A DNA stretch of 64,000 nt from a virus, in the IMG/VR virus record IMGVR_UViG_3300046804_002503, positions 32,001-96,000 of that record; one strand, written 5' to 3'. Each line of letters starts with the position of its first letter. The stretch's first letter is position 1. Made by a program: the position numbers and the translations under genes. Of the stretch, positions 11,501 through 21,094 are shown in pieces. The notes below the pieces were generated by a model. That model made no database searches and was not told the origin of the DNA. It saw only the letters and a program-made list of their open reading frames with translations.

Positions 11501-11888
11501 AGAACTGAACTCCCAGATCTATATAGTGCTCTTTAGTATTTGCTGAAGAAATATGCAAACGAAAGGGATAACGATTTATATGCCCGGCATATACGGGCGG
11601 TGGTATAAAGTGAAAGTAAATAGATTCACTTAAAAATAATTTAACAACTACAGTTGAAGAATAGGATACAATTTCACCTTCTGAGCTATAAACTGTTAAT
11701 GTAACTTCATAGGTACCTGGGGTTTTGTAAAGGTGAGAAGGAGAATAAATTTTACTAGTAGTGCCGTCACCAAATTGCCAATAAACCCTCTTAACATTGG
11801 TGTATGAGGGGCTAATAACTGGTGTAAATTTAAAAGTAGTTATATTACTATAACCAACATTTTTATCTTTTAAAAAAGATACAATCAT
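8520..11888 (-). CDS. Baseplate/tail-associated protein with N-terminal PKD domain and beta-propeller
   Basis: PKD signature YWQFGDGTTS...HLYKTPGTYEVTLTV; propeller repeats (AVDSKNDLWIT, LAIDPEQNLWFT, VYVINS); follows gp6. Confidence 0.65.
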   Translation of the reverse strand: MIVSFLKDKNVGYSNITTFKFTPVISPSYTNVKRVYWQFGDGTTSKIYSPSHLYKTPGTYEVTLTVYSSEGEIVSYSSTVVVKLFLSESIYFHFIPPPVYAGHINRYPFRLHISSANTKEHYIDLGVQFSKSYQPLDVPNKWSFLRPQWNFYDLDGNPVQRLKTIDTIIKANSAGELDSNGSIVVGVTGYADFYFTDDIYNFDLAFEGAPYTTIIATLDTSEAQDFSVKSGSSYLPSFANSLAQVAIPYVSLWRTPDYLKITENGSSLHSNPRWSTADIPLIINAGYYEHTVKEDYVDGNNVKLLSYNSFSHNFPLTSTQTVQISTGLVSVSTVYFQGVSAYNEFDELTSVYYPPDLLIGLSSLSAVFAPTPEIVYLDSNHLKVPGYYKGTFNIPDINTFGYHVTAALAVPVPPLSGNYYNPYLWISNPAMGQVANVQYFYQSNLSAAFGKNLNNTHIYSFDVPIVTTGLSGFHGIYSIAAGQAPSYHTWLLDTDLQFLYKVSTHGQILCAVDINQLCINNEMPYLIEDRVSPATMAVDSKNDLWITLIDSHYTIKVSNQGSFMLAVNPLIDSISPILTGLPIPSNLSLSAFLSSVYDQESRFPSNSLEDDVNLFVPTCVDTDIHDNAYITYSNPYSAMIAKYDQYGTLLYTISQNNLIGSPQEILCDNNDNFWVSLIGDNDREASDYIQKKNQYGTTLASYGPFKYINHLAIDPEQNLWFTYDYNKVGKITNEILEVETLTLTSQDFLTNSESTALDGLACDIKGKVYVINSIENRIYVINSKTNILENSFVINPQGFVFELQNDKLLTFYNKYNKSAQAQGDWTGFRWLNKYGNIALPNFNDTSRTAQITGISRKLDFYVDNSAAYNLFKINENFNLSKYFKSLAFIPALAESSFLFDTFLNNIFNFDENSALEWGTRLYENISNFVLNHTDIDLCNIDQMYDLSEMVDIPNKDYQLFYPDSIKRLMDLASINPSRLRGSKETGGQSFYSTNNNNGGYNRGSKISSSYTVVAGTPLILQDLSLKSSYKLVYTGRINKNRRYTLDTLVQFLKLKQPWQNYYSFFEYVPSSDDKQIEGVIDWNNPLTTISYPVSAFKVWLDHEGTLETMLIYELYKGLKLLK

Positions 11889-11890
11889 AA

Positions 11891-13681
11891 TTAAAATTCT
11901 GGTAGATTGACTCCATATCCAACATCAACAATTTCTATACGATCACTTAAATTGTTGAGACTATATAGAGAAGCAGCCATAAAATCCTCTAAAAAAACTG
12001 TTTGTGTAAAAACTCCAACATCATTTAATGGATATTTGGGATTCCATACTAAAAATGATATTTCATTAAGACTTAAACCGGCGTCTGACCTGTATGTTTG
12101 TACGTTTTTTACCCCGTCTACTGCTAAAATTTCTGTTGTTAATTGTAAGATATTGATGTCTTTACCCAACATTAAAATATCTTTGGAGAAATTTGATTTT
12201 ATAACATTGATAACATCAAATTTAATACTAGCATTGGATCTTTTATTGTTTAAATCTTTAAAAATACGAAGTTTGCTGAGGTTTAATTTTTCAATAGAGG
12301 GGGTTTCTCCGGGTACTTGTACATAAAAATCAAAATTTAAATATTCCGGATCCATTAAAACCACTTGAGATGTAATGTTTTTGTATTTGTTAAATTCAGA
12401 CAGTACATATTCTTTTTGAGAAGGTAACAAATACTTTGAATTTTGAGATGGAATAGTATAAACGTAAATGTTGTTAAAATTACAACTACTTCCAAATTTA
12501 ACTTGATTGTACAAAACCTGATTATCTAAATGTGGTTGGGACAATCCTATATTATACAAATATTTTATATGATTACTTAAAAACTGTTCATTATTAAACA
12601 CCTTGGCATTTGCTATAATATTTTTAAAACTTGCATTGGCAAATGCTTCATAGTCTAGTAAGGTAACTAAACGTTTTTGAGATCTAAAAATTTTGGGAGC
12701 GTTTTTTCTTATAGAATCTACAGATTCTTCTGGTGAATAATTTGTAGAAGGATACGGATTAAATAATTTTACATAATCATATTGTTCATTTGTTAAATAT
12801 GAGCCATATAAATTTTTAGTATCTCTTAAAATAGTTTCATATTGAACTGTATTAAACGGAATTAAAGAAGAAGTGTCTAATAAGCCCGAGGCTAAAGTGG
12901 GTGAATTAGGGGTTGTTCTTAAGTAATACACCACAACCTCATCATCTCTATTAAGTTTAGTACCATTTATACCATCTCCAAAAATAATTTCATAGTTTTT
13001 ATTTGGATTTAATCTGGCTTCATATATTCGATCTTTAGCACTATAAGCAGAGCGATCTTCTACCCTTTCCCACCTCTCCCAACGAGCACCTTTAGGGCGA
13101 ACATACACATGAATATTGAAATGATCTATGTATATGTCTGCTCCGGGTGATATAAATAAAGTTTCATCTTCTATTCCTATTGCTTTGTATAGTGGATATT
13201 CTTCAAAAGTACCTTCGTGTAACAAATAACTATTGTCTGTTTGGGAAAGGGTTTCTAAACCACTTGTAGATTTATAAAAAGTTAAATCTTGAGTTAGAGA
13301 AAATGTTAAGTTATTAATTTGTAAAAAACTAAATCTGGGTATAACATATACATTTTGAGCCAGAGACCCGGTGGCGGTTATATAAAAAGGAACAGTTTGA
13401 GAAGTTTTGCCAATGGGATTATAGTTTAACAATTTAACTATACGATTCATGTTTTCATATATTTGAGCTTCTGAAAACATGCTCTCCGAAGAAGTGCGGT
13501 TTAAATAAAACAATAAAGTACCGAAGCTGTAACTTATAATATCTATAAGACTAGACAAATTAGACCCCTCATAATTTTGGTCTGTGAATACTTGACTATC
13601 ATTTAATTTCTGAATTATTTTAGATTTTAATTCAGTGGCGTCAAAGGTTAGAAAAGGGTTGGGAATTATAGAATTTGCCAT
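11891..13681 (-). CDS. gp6: Baseplate wedge subunit, T4 gp6-like
   Basis: FTDQNYEGSNLSSLIDI, YEIIFGDGING, ESVDSIRKNAP, RLVTLLDYE motifs. Confidence 0.9.
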   Translation of the reverse strand: MANSIIPNPFLTFDATELKSKIIQKLNDSQVFTDQNYEGSNLSSLIDIISYSFGTLLFYLNRTSSESMFSEAQIYENMNRIVKLLNYNPIGKTSQTVPFYITATGSLAQNVYVIPRFSFLQINNLTFSLTQDLTFYKSTSGLETLSQTDNSYLLHEGTFEEYPLYKAIGIEDETLFISPGADIYIDHFNIHVYVRPKGARWERWERVEDRSAYSAKDRIYEARLNPNKNYEIIFGDGINGTKLNRDDEVVVYYLRTTPNSPTLASGLLDTSSLIPFNTVQYETILRDTKNLYGSYLTNEQYDYVKLFNPYPSTNYSPEESVDSIRKNAPKIFRSQKRLVTLLDYEAFANASFKNIIANAKVFNNEQFLSNHIKYLYNIGLSQPHLDNQVLYNQVKFGSSCNFNNIYVYTIPSQNSKYLLPSQKEYVLSEFNKYKNITSQVVLMDPEYLNFDFYVQVPGETPSIEKLNLSKLRIFKDLNNKRSNASIKFDVINVIKSNFSKDILMLGKDINILQLTTEILAVDGVKNVQTYRSDAGLSLNEISFLVWNPKYPLNDVGVFTQTVFLEDFMAASLYSLNNLSDRIEIVDVGYGVNLPEF

Positions 13682-13683
13682 AT

Positions 13684-14202
13684 TTAAAAGCTAATTATAG
13701 TATTGTTTTGGTAACTATTGTTAATATTAAACTTAATGTTACGAGTCAAATTGTCATTGGTTAATTTATAAATTAATAAAATATCATATTGATTAAAGTC
13801 ATATTGAGGAGTTACCGCTATGTTTAAAACAGTTATGCGTGGTTCTTGTTCCAAGTCTGATAATATTTTTTCACCAATCATTTGAGCCCTAAAATCTGTA
13901 ATTGGACTAAACAAAAATTGATCTAAATTGCTACCAAATTTGGGATTTAATATTTTTTGCCCCGGACGGGTGGTAAAGATGTTGTATATAGCGTTGCGAA
14001 TAGCCATTTCATCATGGTCTACTGCTATGTCCGCTGTTTTTACTATAGAATCTGAAGACCCAGAAATCGTTGCGGGTTGAAGATCTAGGTGTAAATCTGT
14101 ATAAATATAAGGTATTTTTGTAGAAGTGTCTTTAGACAAGTCTACAACGGTATTAGTAGCCAAGCGAGGCTTGACTATATTATCCATGTAAATAGCTGCC
14201 AT
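13684..14202 (-). CDS. gp25: Baseplate wedge subunit, gp25-like (likely start 14202)
   Basis: AIRNAIYNIFTTRPGQKILNPKFGSNL, EPRI motifs; adjacent to gp6. Confidence 0.85.
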   Translation of the reverse strand: MAAIYMDNIVKPRLATNTVVDLSKDTSTKIPYIYTDLHLDLQPATISGSSDSIVKTADIAVDHDEMAIRNAIYNIFTTRPGQKILNPKFGSNLDQFLFSPITDFRAQMIGEKILSDLEQEPRITVLNIAVTPQYDFNQYDILLIYKLTNDNLTRNIKFNINNSYQNNTIISF

Positions 14203-14208
14203 ATTATG

Positions 14209-14220
14209 GTAAATATTTAT
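14209..14220. promoter_or_regulatory. Overlapping divergent T4-type late promoter motifs (palindrome TAAATATTTA)
   Basis: GTAAATA on + before ORF 14240 and ATAAATA on - before gp25; gp55 is encoded in the window. Confidence 0.5.
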
Positions 14221-14239
14221 GTTCAAAACTCTGTAATGT

Positions 14240-14818
14240 ATGAATCAAAAATATAATCAATTTCAAAATTTGTTTGAAACAGCCTTTTCTCACTTTTCTA
14301 ACGGGGGATTTCGAGAAGGTTCTGCTTTGACTTTAAAACCTTCTTTTCTTAAACATCCCTATTGCAAAGATCATTACAGTGGACATGAACCTTTCATGAA
14401 TTTTTTAAAACAATTGATAGACAATGAAGTGCTCTTTTTTGTTAAACGTGTAGTTGCACATGGTACTATGCAAAATAGTAAAGATGCAAATAGTAATGAA
14501 GGCGCAGGTGATGTCTATTTGGTTTTGCGTACAGACCCGCGTAAAGTAGAGTGGCCTACAGAATTTGCTGAATTTACTGTGCCCGGCTCTTATGAAGTAT
14601 TGGCTGTTAAGGATTATGGTATTAATTTGCCACCATTAGATGGTGTTCCTAATCGTTATGAGCGCCCGTTTGGACAAGATGTACAGGTTTTTAAAATGGA
14701 ATCATCTGTAAATAATCGTTCTACAGATGATGAATTGCCCATTAAGAATGTTAAGTTGGATTTTGCCAGTGATCCACAAACACCTAAAATTAAACCGCCT
14801 AAAAAGCTTAAGAATTAA
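14240..14818 (+). CDS. Hypothetical protein, possibly virion-associated
   Basis: 192-aa ORF after a late motif; N-terminus FQNLFE resembles a gp21 cleavage leader. Confidence 0.6.
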   Translation: MNQKYNQFQNLFETAFSHFSNGGFREGSALTLKPSFLKHPYCKDHYSGHEPFMNFLKQLIDNEVLFFVKRVVAHGTMQNSKDANSNEGAGDVYLVLRTDPRKVEWPTEFAEFTVPGSYEVLAVKDYGINLPPLDGVPNRYERPFGQDVQVFKMESSVNNRSTDDELPIKNVKLDFASDPQTPKIKPPKKLKN

Positions 14819-15743
14819 GAATCTTTTCTAAAGCTAAAATACAACAAAAGAATCCTATTTCGTGATCTAGTATACTAGTATCTCGATACATATATTCTCC
14901 TATCTCTAACATCAAACCTTTCTTAAGGTCTTCTTTAATGTTAAGATTGTAAACAAGATTAAACATTTCTTTGAGAAGGAATTGATAATCTCCGTTGAAG
15001 GTTTTTTCACTTTCAATAATCTTTTTGCGAATGTCTAAACTATTAATTTTGTTTAGCAAAGAATCTATAACCCATTTAGATAATTCTGTTATTTGATTAG
15101 ATTCTTCTATCACCAAAGTACCTGACAAAGAAAATCTTTGTAAATCATTAATGATGCGTCTAATATCTGGATGATTTTTTTCTATATAATTTAGTAAAGC
15201 CGGCTTTACTTCTTTTGGCACAGAAATTTCTTCTGCTTTTAAAATAAAAACACATCGCTGAATGACGTCTTTAAGAGGTGGAGTCATCTTAAAGAGTAAA
15301 CATCTAGAACGAATGGGTTCAATTATCTTGTTAAAATAATTTGCTGTTAATATAAATCGAGTTGTAGCCTCATATTCTTCCATTACATTACGAAGAATAC
15401 GCAAACTTTCTCCAGTCAATCCATCTGCTTCTTCTAGAATGATAACTTTCTTTTTATCATCTAATGATCGGGTTTGAGCAAAGCTAATAACTTTGTTACG
15501 AATAGTGTCTACACCATTTTCATCTGAAGCATTGATGTAAAGGTATTGACATTTGAGCAAAGATTTAACTATGATCTTAGCTAAAGTACTTTTACCTGTA
15601 CCCGGAGACCCATAAAATAAAATATGAGGCGTATCATTATTTAAAGAATTGAAATGTTCTTTAAAGTCTTCTGGTAAACTAATTTCTTCTAATGATTGTG
15701 GTCTGTATTTCTCTACCCATAATTTAGAATAGTGTCCACTCAT
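14808..15743 (-). CDS. gp44: Sliding-clamp loader AAA+ subunit (gp44 / RFC-small-like)
   Basis: LWVEKYRP, GSPGTGKS, INASDENG, EPIRSRC. Confidence 0.92.
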   Translation of the reverse strand: MSGHYSKLWVEKYRPQSLEEISLPEDFKEHFNSLNNDTPHILFYGSPGTGKSTLAKIIVKSLLKCQYLYINASDENGVDTIRNKVISFAQTRSLDDKKKVIILEEADGLTGESLRILRNVMEEYEATTRFILTANYFNKIIEPIRSRCLLFKMTPPLKDVIQRCVFILKAEEISVPKEVKPALLNYIEKNHPDIRRIINDLQRFSLSGTLVIEESNQITELSKWVIDSLLNKINSLDIRKKIIESEKTFNGDYQFLLKEMFNLVYNLNIKEDLKKGLMLEIGEYMYRDTSILDHEIGFFCCILALEKILNS

Positions 15744-15748
15744 ATATA

Positions 15749-16174
15749 TTAACGACCCGATTGACCAAAACCTGATGATCCTCTATCAGTTTCAGTTGCT
15801 GTTTCTGACCATTCTGGTTTGAGACTTAAAAGAGGAAAGTAAGCAATTTGAGCCACTCGATCACCCTTCTTAACTTCATAATCTACATCTGAAAAGTTGT
15901 ATAATTTGACTCCAAGATCTCCTCTATATGGGTTGTCTATTACACCTAGATGTGGTTGAATACCATGCAAGAAGCCCATACCAGAACGAGGAAGAATTAA
16001 ATACCAAACTCCTTCTGCTATATCAGCTACTTTTAGTCCTGTATTAACAATGCCTGAGTTTTTGGCTGGTATTGTAGCATCTTCTACTGCTGTTAAATCA
16101 TAACCTGTATCTGAATCTCTTTTTCTATTAGGTAAAACTGCATCTGGATGTGTTTTAATAAATTTAATATTCAT
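15749..16174 (-). CDS. dut: Trimeric dUTPase
   Basis: GYDL, PRSG, GVIDNPYRG, RGSSGFGQSG motifs. Confidence 0.95.
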   Translation of the reverse strand: MNIKFIKTHPDAVLPNRKRDSDTGYDLTAVEDATIPAKNSGIVNTGLKVADIAEGVWYLILPRSGMGFLHGIQPHLGVIDNPYRGDLGVKLYNFSDVDYEVKKGDRVAQIAYFPLLSLKPEWSETATETDRGSSGFGQSGR

Positions 16175-16179
16175 ATTTT

Positions 16180-16353
16180 TTATTCGTTAATAAGTTGAGG
16201 AGGAATTGTAGTTTGATTTGATGTATTGTTATTGACTTCTCCTAAGGTAGACGGTGATTTCCAGTTAGCTTGAAGCCATTTAATTAAATCTCCAACCTTT
16301 TCAGAAGCAATAAAAAAGGTTCCGTAACCATCTATAGATACTTTTGTTGTCAT
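16180..16353 (-). CDS. Small hypothetical protein (likely start 16353, MTTKVSIDGYG)
   Basis: Fills the gap without overlapping ORF 16391; sigma70-like motif upstream. Confidence 0.5.
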   Translation of the reverse strand: MTTKVSIDGYGTFFIASEKVGDLIKWLQANWKSPSTLGEVNNNTSNQTTIPPQLINE

Positions 16354-16390
16354 ACTTGTAAATATTATAATCAAAACTATATAATTCAAC

Positions 16391-16858
16391 ATGGATTCCT
16401 CTGACGAAATAGACAATATTATTAATGAACTCAAAGCAGACGCCATTCCATCAACTCACAATGTACCCGCTGTTCAAGAACCCACACCAGCTGTAAGTGA
16501 TGAAAATGTAAATGATTTTGTTTATCAAAAGACTGCAGAAGTTATTCAATCTGGCTTAGAAGCTATGAATAATTTAAAAAATACCTTTGCAATGGGAGCA
16601 GACCCTAAAGAAATAGCTGCCATGGCCCAATTAATGAATGCGGTTACCAAGGCTATAGATTCTATGAATAATATTAATCTACAGCAAAAACAAGCTAAGA
16701 ATGCTGTAGAACTTAAGAAATTAGATATAGCTGGTAAAAAGGAAATTATGTCTAAATTACCGCCTTCTAACAATATTTTAATAGCCACACGAGATGAGGT
16801 TATTACAAAGATGTTAGACAAACCTAAAAGAGATCGTATAGAATTGCTAGAAGATTAG
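16391..16858 (+). CDS. Probable terminase small subunit (gp16-like)
   Basis: Two long helices and C-terminal NNILIATRDEV resembling T4-like small terminases; late motif GTAAATA at 16358-16364. Confidence 0.6.
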   Translation: MDSSDEIDNIINELKADAIPSTHNVPAVQEPTPAVSDENVNDFVYQKTAEVIQSGLEAMNNLKNTFAMGADPKEIAAMAQLMNAVTKAIDSMNNINLQQKQAKNAVELKKLDIAGKKEIMSKLPPSNNILIATRDEVITKMLDKPKRDRIELLED

Positions 16859-17322
16859 TCTTGAGGGTCTTTAGGTAAAGATATGTTTCTGTCTTTGGCT
16901 ACCTTTTTCATTTTAGCCAAATAACTTTTCATAGATTCTGGTCTTTTTCCTCCGTGTTGGAAATCATTCTTTCTATGAACTAAATCTTTGTAAACTGCTA
17001 CAAATTTTTCTGGAGATAATTTTTCTAAATCTGTGTCTGTGTCCTCACCTGTGTATTTGTCTGCATTAGCTTCTAGATAATCTAGATAATCTTCAAATTT
17101 CTGTGCTAATTCAGGAGAAGATTTTTTATAACCCAATTTTGTCATTCGAGTCCAATTTAAAACTCTACCTAAATTTGCTTTGGATGGATTACTATTTAAA
17201 AACTTTTTGACATGATTTATCTTGGCATTTACGTCTTTAATTTTTTTAGCTTCTTCTCTTGTAACCTGCCAGTCTGTGTTAAATTTATTAACAGCTTCTG
17301 TAAAAAAGTTTTGAAAATTCAT
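16855..17322 (-). CDS. Hypothetical protein, candidate internal head protein
   Basis: MNFQNFFTEA leader; late motif at 17332-17338. Confidence 0.6.
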   Translation of the reverse strand: MNFQNFFTEAVNKFNTDWQVTREEAKKIKDVNAKINHVKKFLNSNPSKANLGRVLNWTRMTKLGYKKSSPELAQKFEDYLDYLEANADKYTGEDTDTDLEKLSPEKFVAVYKDLVHRKNDFQHGGKRPESMKSYLAKMKKVAKDRNISLPKDPQD

Positions 17323-17326
17323 AATA

Positions 17327-17863
17327 TTAAATATTTACTTCAAAGAAATAAGGAACGTCTCTTTTTGTCCATTTAGCTTTTACAATCTTAGACCCAAATT
17401 TAAATTCTCTTTTGCCTGCATTGTAATAATTTTGATACCCCTTTACTGGATTACCTGGCACAATGCATTGTGGAAATGACACTGCAAAGCATTGAGGATG
17501 TTCTGTCATCTCTCCGAGCGGTAAATCTGGAAGATTATTTCGAGACCAATCTATAAAATCTTTGCTAAAATGTTCTTTTTCAAATCTATACAATCTTTCT
17601 TGATATAAACCATCTAAATGATTAAGAGTCCACTCAAAATTAGCCGTGTTTGTCCTTACCCACTTAGTCATTGGATGATTATAATGTCCATGTTTACGCG
17701 GTGTGCCTTTTTGAGTACGCGGACAATCAGGTTGTGCTAGTCTATCAAGAGGATATGCAGCTGCTAACAACTGAGTACCTTCAATAATAATCTTGTTGAT
17801 ATGAAGATCTTGGTAGTACTGAGCAGCTATCTTAGGATCTAAGTCTAAAATGAACAGATTCAT
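17327..17863 (-). CDS. Pyrimidine-dimer DNA glycosylase / DenV-related protein (likely start 17863)
   Basis: MNLFILDLDP...HINKIIIEGTQLL, HYNHPMTKWVR motifs. Confidence 0.75.
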   Translation of the reverse strand: MNLFILDLDPKIAAQYYQDLHINKIIIEGTQLLAAAYPLDRLAQPDCPRTQKGTPRKHGHYNHPMTKWVRTNTANFEWTLNHLDGLYQERLYRFEKEHFSKDFIDWSRNNLPDLPLGEMTEHPQCFAVSFPQCIVPGNPVKGYQNYYNAGKREFKFGSKIVKAKWTKRDVPYFFEVNI

Positions 17864-17864
17864 A

Positions 17865-18398
17865 TTATAGATTATCAAAATATTGCTTAATAATAGCAAC
17901 TCTTTCTTCTACACTTCCGTGCACTCTAGTTACTTTGGTGCAATCTTTTAGCATTTCTTGCATGTTTTTGTCTACGTTATGTCTGTATTCCTCATCTACC
18001 TTGCGATAACCATCTTTAGGCATATCAAATTCAATAGGAATATAAAAAATTTGGTCATATAAGTGCTTAAAATAATGTGTTTGTGTCGTAATTGAATGCC
18101 AACAGCTTGCGTCTACACCAGATTCCATCATATAAGCGCATCCATCTACTACACATCTGTCTGCAAACCAGTTATACGGACGAGCAAAATTGCTTACGTG
18201 ACTGGCTGTAACTACATATTGCACAAATTCTTTGCCATTATCATTAATAGCATATCCCATTTCTTTTAATTGTTTAGCATTGCTGCTATTATCTACTAGT
18301 TTTAGATTCCATTCCTCGAAATATGTCTTGATTGTCTGTAAGATAGTAGACTTACCCACTCCATGTGCTCCACAAAAAGCATATCTTTTCAAATTCAT
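17865..18398 (-). CDS. P-loop kinase/ATPase (AAA_28 / NadR-like)
   Basis: GAHGVGKST Walker A; DRCVVD; IFYIPIEF..DGYR. Confidence 0.75.
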   Translation of the reverse strand: MNLKRYAFCGAHGVGKSTILQTIKTYFEEWNLKLVDNSSNAKQLKEMGYAINDNGKEFVQYVVTASHVSNFARPYNWFADRCVVDGCAYMMESGVDASCWHSITTQTHYFKHLYDQIFYIPIEFDMPKDGYRKVDEEYRHNVDKNMQEMLKDCTKVTRVHGSVEERVAIIKQYFDNL

Positions 18399-18434
18399 AC
18401 CTTATATTAAGACATAAAACAAGGAAATCAAAGC

Positions 18435-18470
18435 AAAAAAAAACACCCACCTCGAAAGATGGGTGTTTTT
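18435..18470 (-). terminator. Rho-independent terminator downstream of the major capsid gene
   Basis: Minus strand CACCCATCT-TTCG-AGGTGGGTG followed by a T-run; T-tracts on both strands. Confidence 0.85.
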
Positions 18471-18490
18471 AGAAGGCCTAGTACAGTGGT

Positions 18491-19924
18491 TTACAGGTAG
18501 AGCTTGCCACTGGAATTGACGTTATCTGTTCCTAACCCCTTGACGATGATTAAGTGGTAGTAAAGGGAAGCGCCGAAGATGTAATCTACGACTCCGTAAC
18601 GGGTCATCAAGCCAACACGTGGCGAGAAGTCGTTAGGTCCGATTGTACGTTGAATCATCACAGGAATGTATGGGCAGTATACGATACCAGTATCATAGTA
18701 CTCTGTTCCCTTGTAACCCAATAAGGCATACTCCAATTGAGAAGAGCGTGTGCCGGCCATGGTTTGAGCTTCTGTACGAGTGTCACGGTAGACTGTGAAA
18801 CGTCCGCCAACTGAACCAACTTTGGCAATGCCGGTTGGTTGTGTGTTAACGTTGCCGTTTACAGGCATCCATTGAAACTCTGGCAACATCTCAAGAATCG
18901 CGCAGACGCGAGGTGTAGCAACGATAAAGTTGGCGGAACCTCTGCGGTTACGGATAGCGATGCGGTTTGCTTCAACGATTACCTTGGAATAGAAGTCGCG
19001 ATTACGCTCTCCTAACCAACGGGCATCAGCTGAAGCTGCATACCAGAAACTATACCCAGTACCTTGTTGCGCATTAATACAAATTTGAAGCATTCTGATG
19101 ATCATTTCACGGTCGATTTCGGCCTGAATTTCATAGCTCATCGCATTTGTTAATTCAGAATCGATATCGAGACCGTTCATGTTCTTCAAATCTTGCTCTA
19201 ATTCAACTGACCAGCGAGCTGCTAAACGGCGGGTGCCGGCTTCAACTGCGGTTTTGCTGAATTCAACAGTGATTTGAGGAATGTTACCAGTCAACTCAAA
19301 TTGGCTCAAGAGGGCAGCAATACCTTTATCCTCGTTTACGAAGTCGAAGTGTGTAGACAACCCAGTGAGTTGGCCTGAACTTGTTCCAGTAAAGCGAGTG
19401 TCGAGGCTTTGATAACCTAATTCGCCAGTGATGCCTGCTCTATTGAAGGCTCCGGTTGTGGTACTGCCGTTGGCATAACCATCAAGACCGTTAGCTCCCA
19501 ATGAAGTGGGCTCGTATTTATAACGCAAAGCAAATGCTAATCCAACTGGACCACTCATTGGTTGAACGCCAACGATTTCGTTGGTGATCAATTCAGGGAA
19601 GGTCCTGCGAACCATGGGGATTAAAACTTTAGGCAAACGATGATCGTTAGAAGCGTATGTGTCGGAAGCATACAAAGCACCGGCGTTAGCGCCTGTACCT
19701 GCAGAACCGAATATACCACCACCACCGACCGAGTTTTGAGCCTCGTTCAAACACCATTGTTCTTGGTTCTCCATCAAAATCGCCGTAGCTAAACGACCGT
19801 GTTCGCTCTCAATAGGGTTAACCTTATTGGACGAAAAGTCCAAAATGGGTGCCCACTTTTCGAGCAATTGGGACGCACGAGCTTGGTTGATGTATCCTGG
19901 AGAAGGACTAATATTGTTACTCAT
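18491..19924 (-). CDS. gp23: Major capsid protein
   Basis: LEKWAPIL, VGVQPMSGPVGLAFALR, SVELEQDLK, EIDRE, YCPYIP, GLMTRYG. Confidence 0.97.
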   Translation of the reverse strand: MSNNISPSPGYINQARASQLLEKWAPILDFSSNKVNPIESEHGRLATAILMENQEQWCLNEAQNSVGGGGIFGSAGTGANAGALYASDTYASNDHRLPKVLIPMVRRTFPELITNEIVGVQPMSGPVGLAFALRYKYEPTSLGANGLDGYANGSTTTGAFNRAGITGELGYQSLDTRFTGTSSGQLTGLSTHFDFVNEDKGIAALLSQFELTGNIPQITVEFSKTAVEAGTRRLAARWSVELEQDLKNMNGLDIDSELTNAMSYEIQAEIDREMIIRMLQICINAQQGTGYSFWYAASADARWLGERNRDFYSKVIVEANRIAIRNRRGSANFIVATPRVCAILEMLPEFQWMPVNGNVNTQPTGIAKVGSVGGRFTVYRDTRTEAQTMAGTRSSQLEYALLGYKGTEYYDTGIVYCPYIPVMIQRTIGPNDFSPRVGLMTRYGVVDYIFGASLYYHLIIVKGLGTDNVNSSGKLYL

Positions 19925-19984
19925 AGTTTTTATTACTGTGGATATATTTTCGAGAACCCGTCAATGAATTCTCCAACTTAAAAA

Positions 19985-20866
19985 TTACCGAATAGACTGA
20001 AGGACTTGTAAATATGGATTATTTACAACCTTTTGTGTAGATTCACTAAGTACTTGTGATTTAACTACTTTAGCGTCCTTAGTTACAGCAGTTTGTCTGG
20101 CAGTAGATGCCAAGGAAGTGGTTGCTGCTACTTCGTCTTTTTCAAACATTTCAACGACATAGTTGAAATTTTCAAGAATATATTCGGGAGATTTATCACT
20201 CAAAATTTTACCAACAAATTCTTTCTTAGAAGATGGCATGCCTTTAGTTTTTTGTTCAATCAACAAGGATGCTTTGGCTTTTTGAGCCTCAGCTGCTAAT
20301 GATTTCTTTTCTAAAGTAAGGGTTCTAACTTCATTTCTGAGAGAATCCAAAGCTTGTTTACCTTCTACAATGGCATTCTTAACAGGATTGCTTAGGGTAT
20401 TACCATCTAAACCAACAATTTTACGAATTTGGATCAATTGAGTTTTAGCTTGAACATTGGCAACTGCTTCTGCCAATTGTTCACGAGGAACAATCTTGTC
20501 TAAATAGAGGTCCAAATAATTGCTCATTTCCTCAACAATACGATCACTGAACTTTTCAGCTTTCTCGTTAATGGCTTTACGATAGTAAGAAACCAGTTTT
20601 AACAATTTTTGGGTATGATTTTCATTAATAGCCCTGACCACATCTTTTAATTTACCAGTGTGGTCTTTGTCTATTTGCTCAATCAATTGTTTTAATTTGG
20701 CAGCGTGATCTTCGTCCTGTTCTTTAAGTGCCTTCTCAACTAAAAGGTTAGCTTGAGCAGTTACTTTTTCATTAACAGCTGAATCAAACGCCGAAGCTAT
20801 GGCTGAGGCAGTTTCTTCACTAATTACACTTTTATCGAGTGAATTGATAATTTCGGCTATTTTCAT
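19985..20866 (-). CDS. gp22: Prohead core scaffolding protein
   Basis: Coiled-coil; AFDSAVNEKV, NYLDLY; lies between gp21 and gp23. Confidence 0.8.
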   Translation of the reverse strand: MKIAEIINSLDKSVISEETASAIASAFDSAVNEKVTAQANLLVEKALKEQDEDHAAKLKQLIEQIDKDHTGKLKDVVRAINENHTQKLLKLVSYYRKAINEKAEKFSDRIVEEMSNYLDLYLDKIVPREQLAEAVANVQAKTQLIQIRKIVGLDGNTLSNPVKNAIVEGKQALDSLRNEVRTLTLEKKSLAAEAQKAKASLLIEQKTKGMPSSKKEFVGKILSDKSPEYILENFNYVVEMFEKDEVAATTSLASTARQTAVTKDAKVVKSQVLSESTQKVVNNPYLQVLQSIR

Positions 20867-20878
20867 ACAAAATATATA

Positions 20879-21094
20879 TTATTTATTCTTCTTAGGAGCC
20901 ATTTTAGATGATTTCTTTTTGTCATCTTTTTTAGCATCTTTTTTGGGATTCTTTTTGGCAGACTTGGCTGCTATTTTTTTAATTTTTTCTTTCATCTTTG
21001 CTTCGATGATTGTAGAAAGAGTATTGTGAGCAAACGCATACTGTTTTTCACAAATTTGAGCTATAAATTTTGAAATCAATTGATGGCTGTTCAT
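20879..21094 (-). CDS. Small prohead core-type protein with Lys-rich tail
   Basis: 71 aa in the head module, late motif at 21109-21115. Confidence 0.55.
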   Translation of the reverse strand: MNSHQLISKFIAQICEKQYAFAHNTLSTIIEAKMKEKIKKIAAKSAKKNPKKDAKKDDKKKSSKMAPKKNK

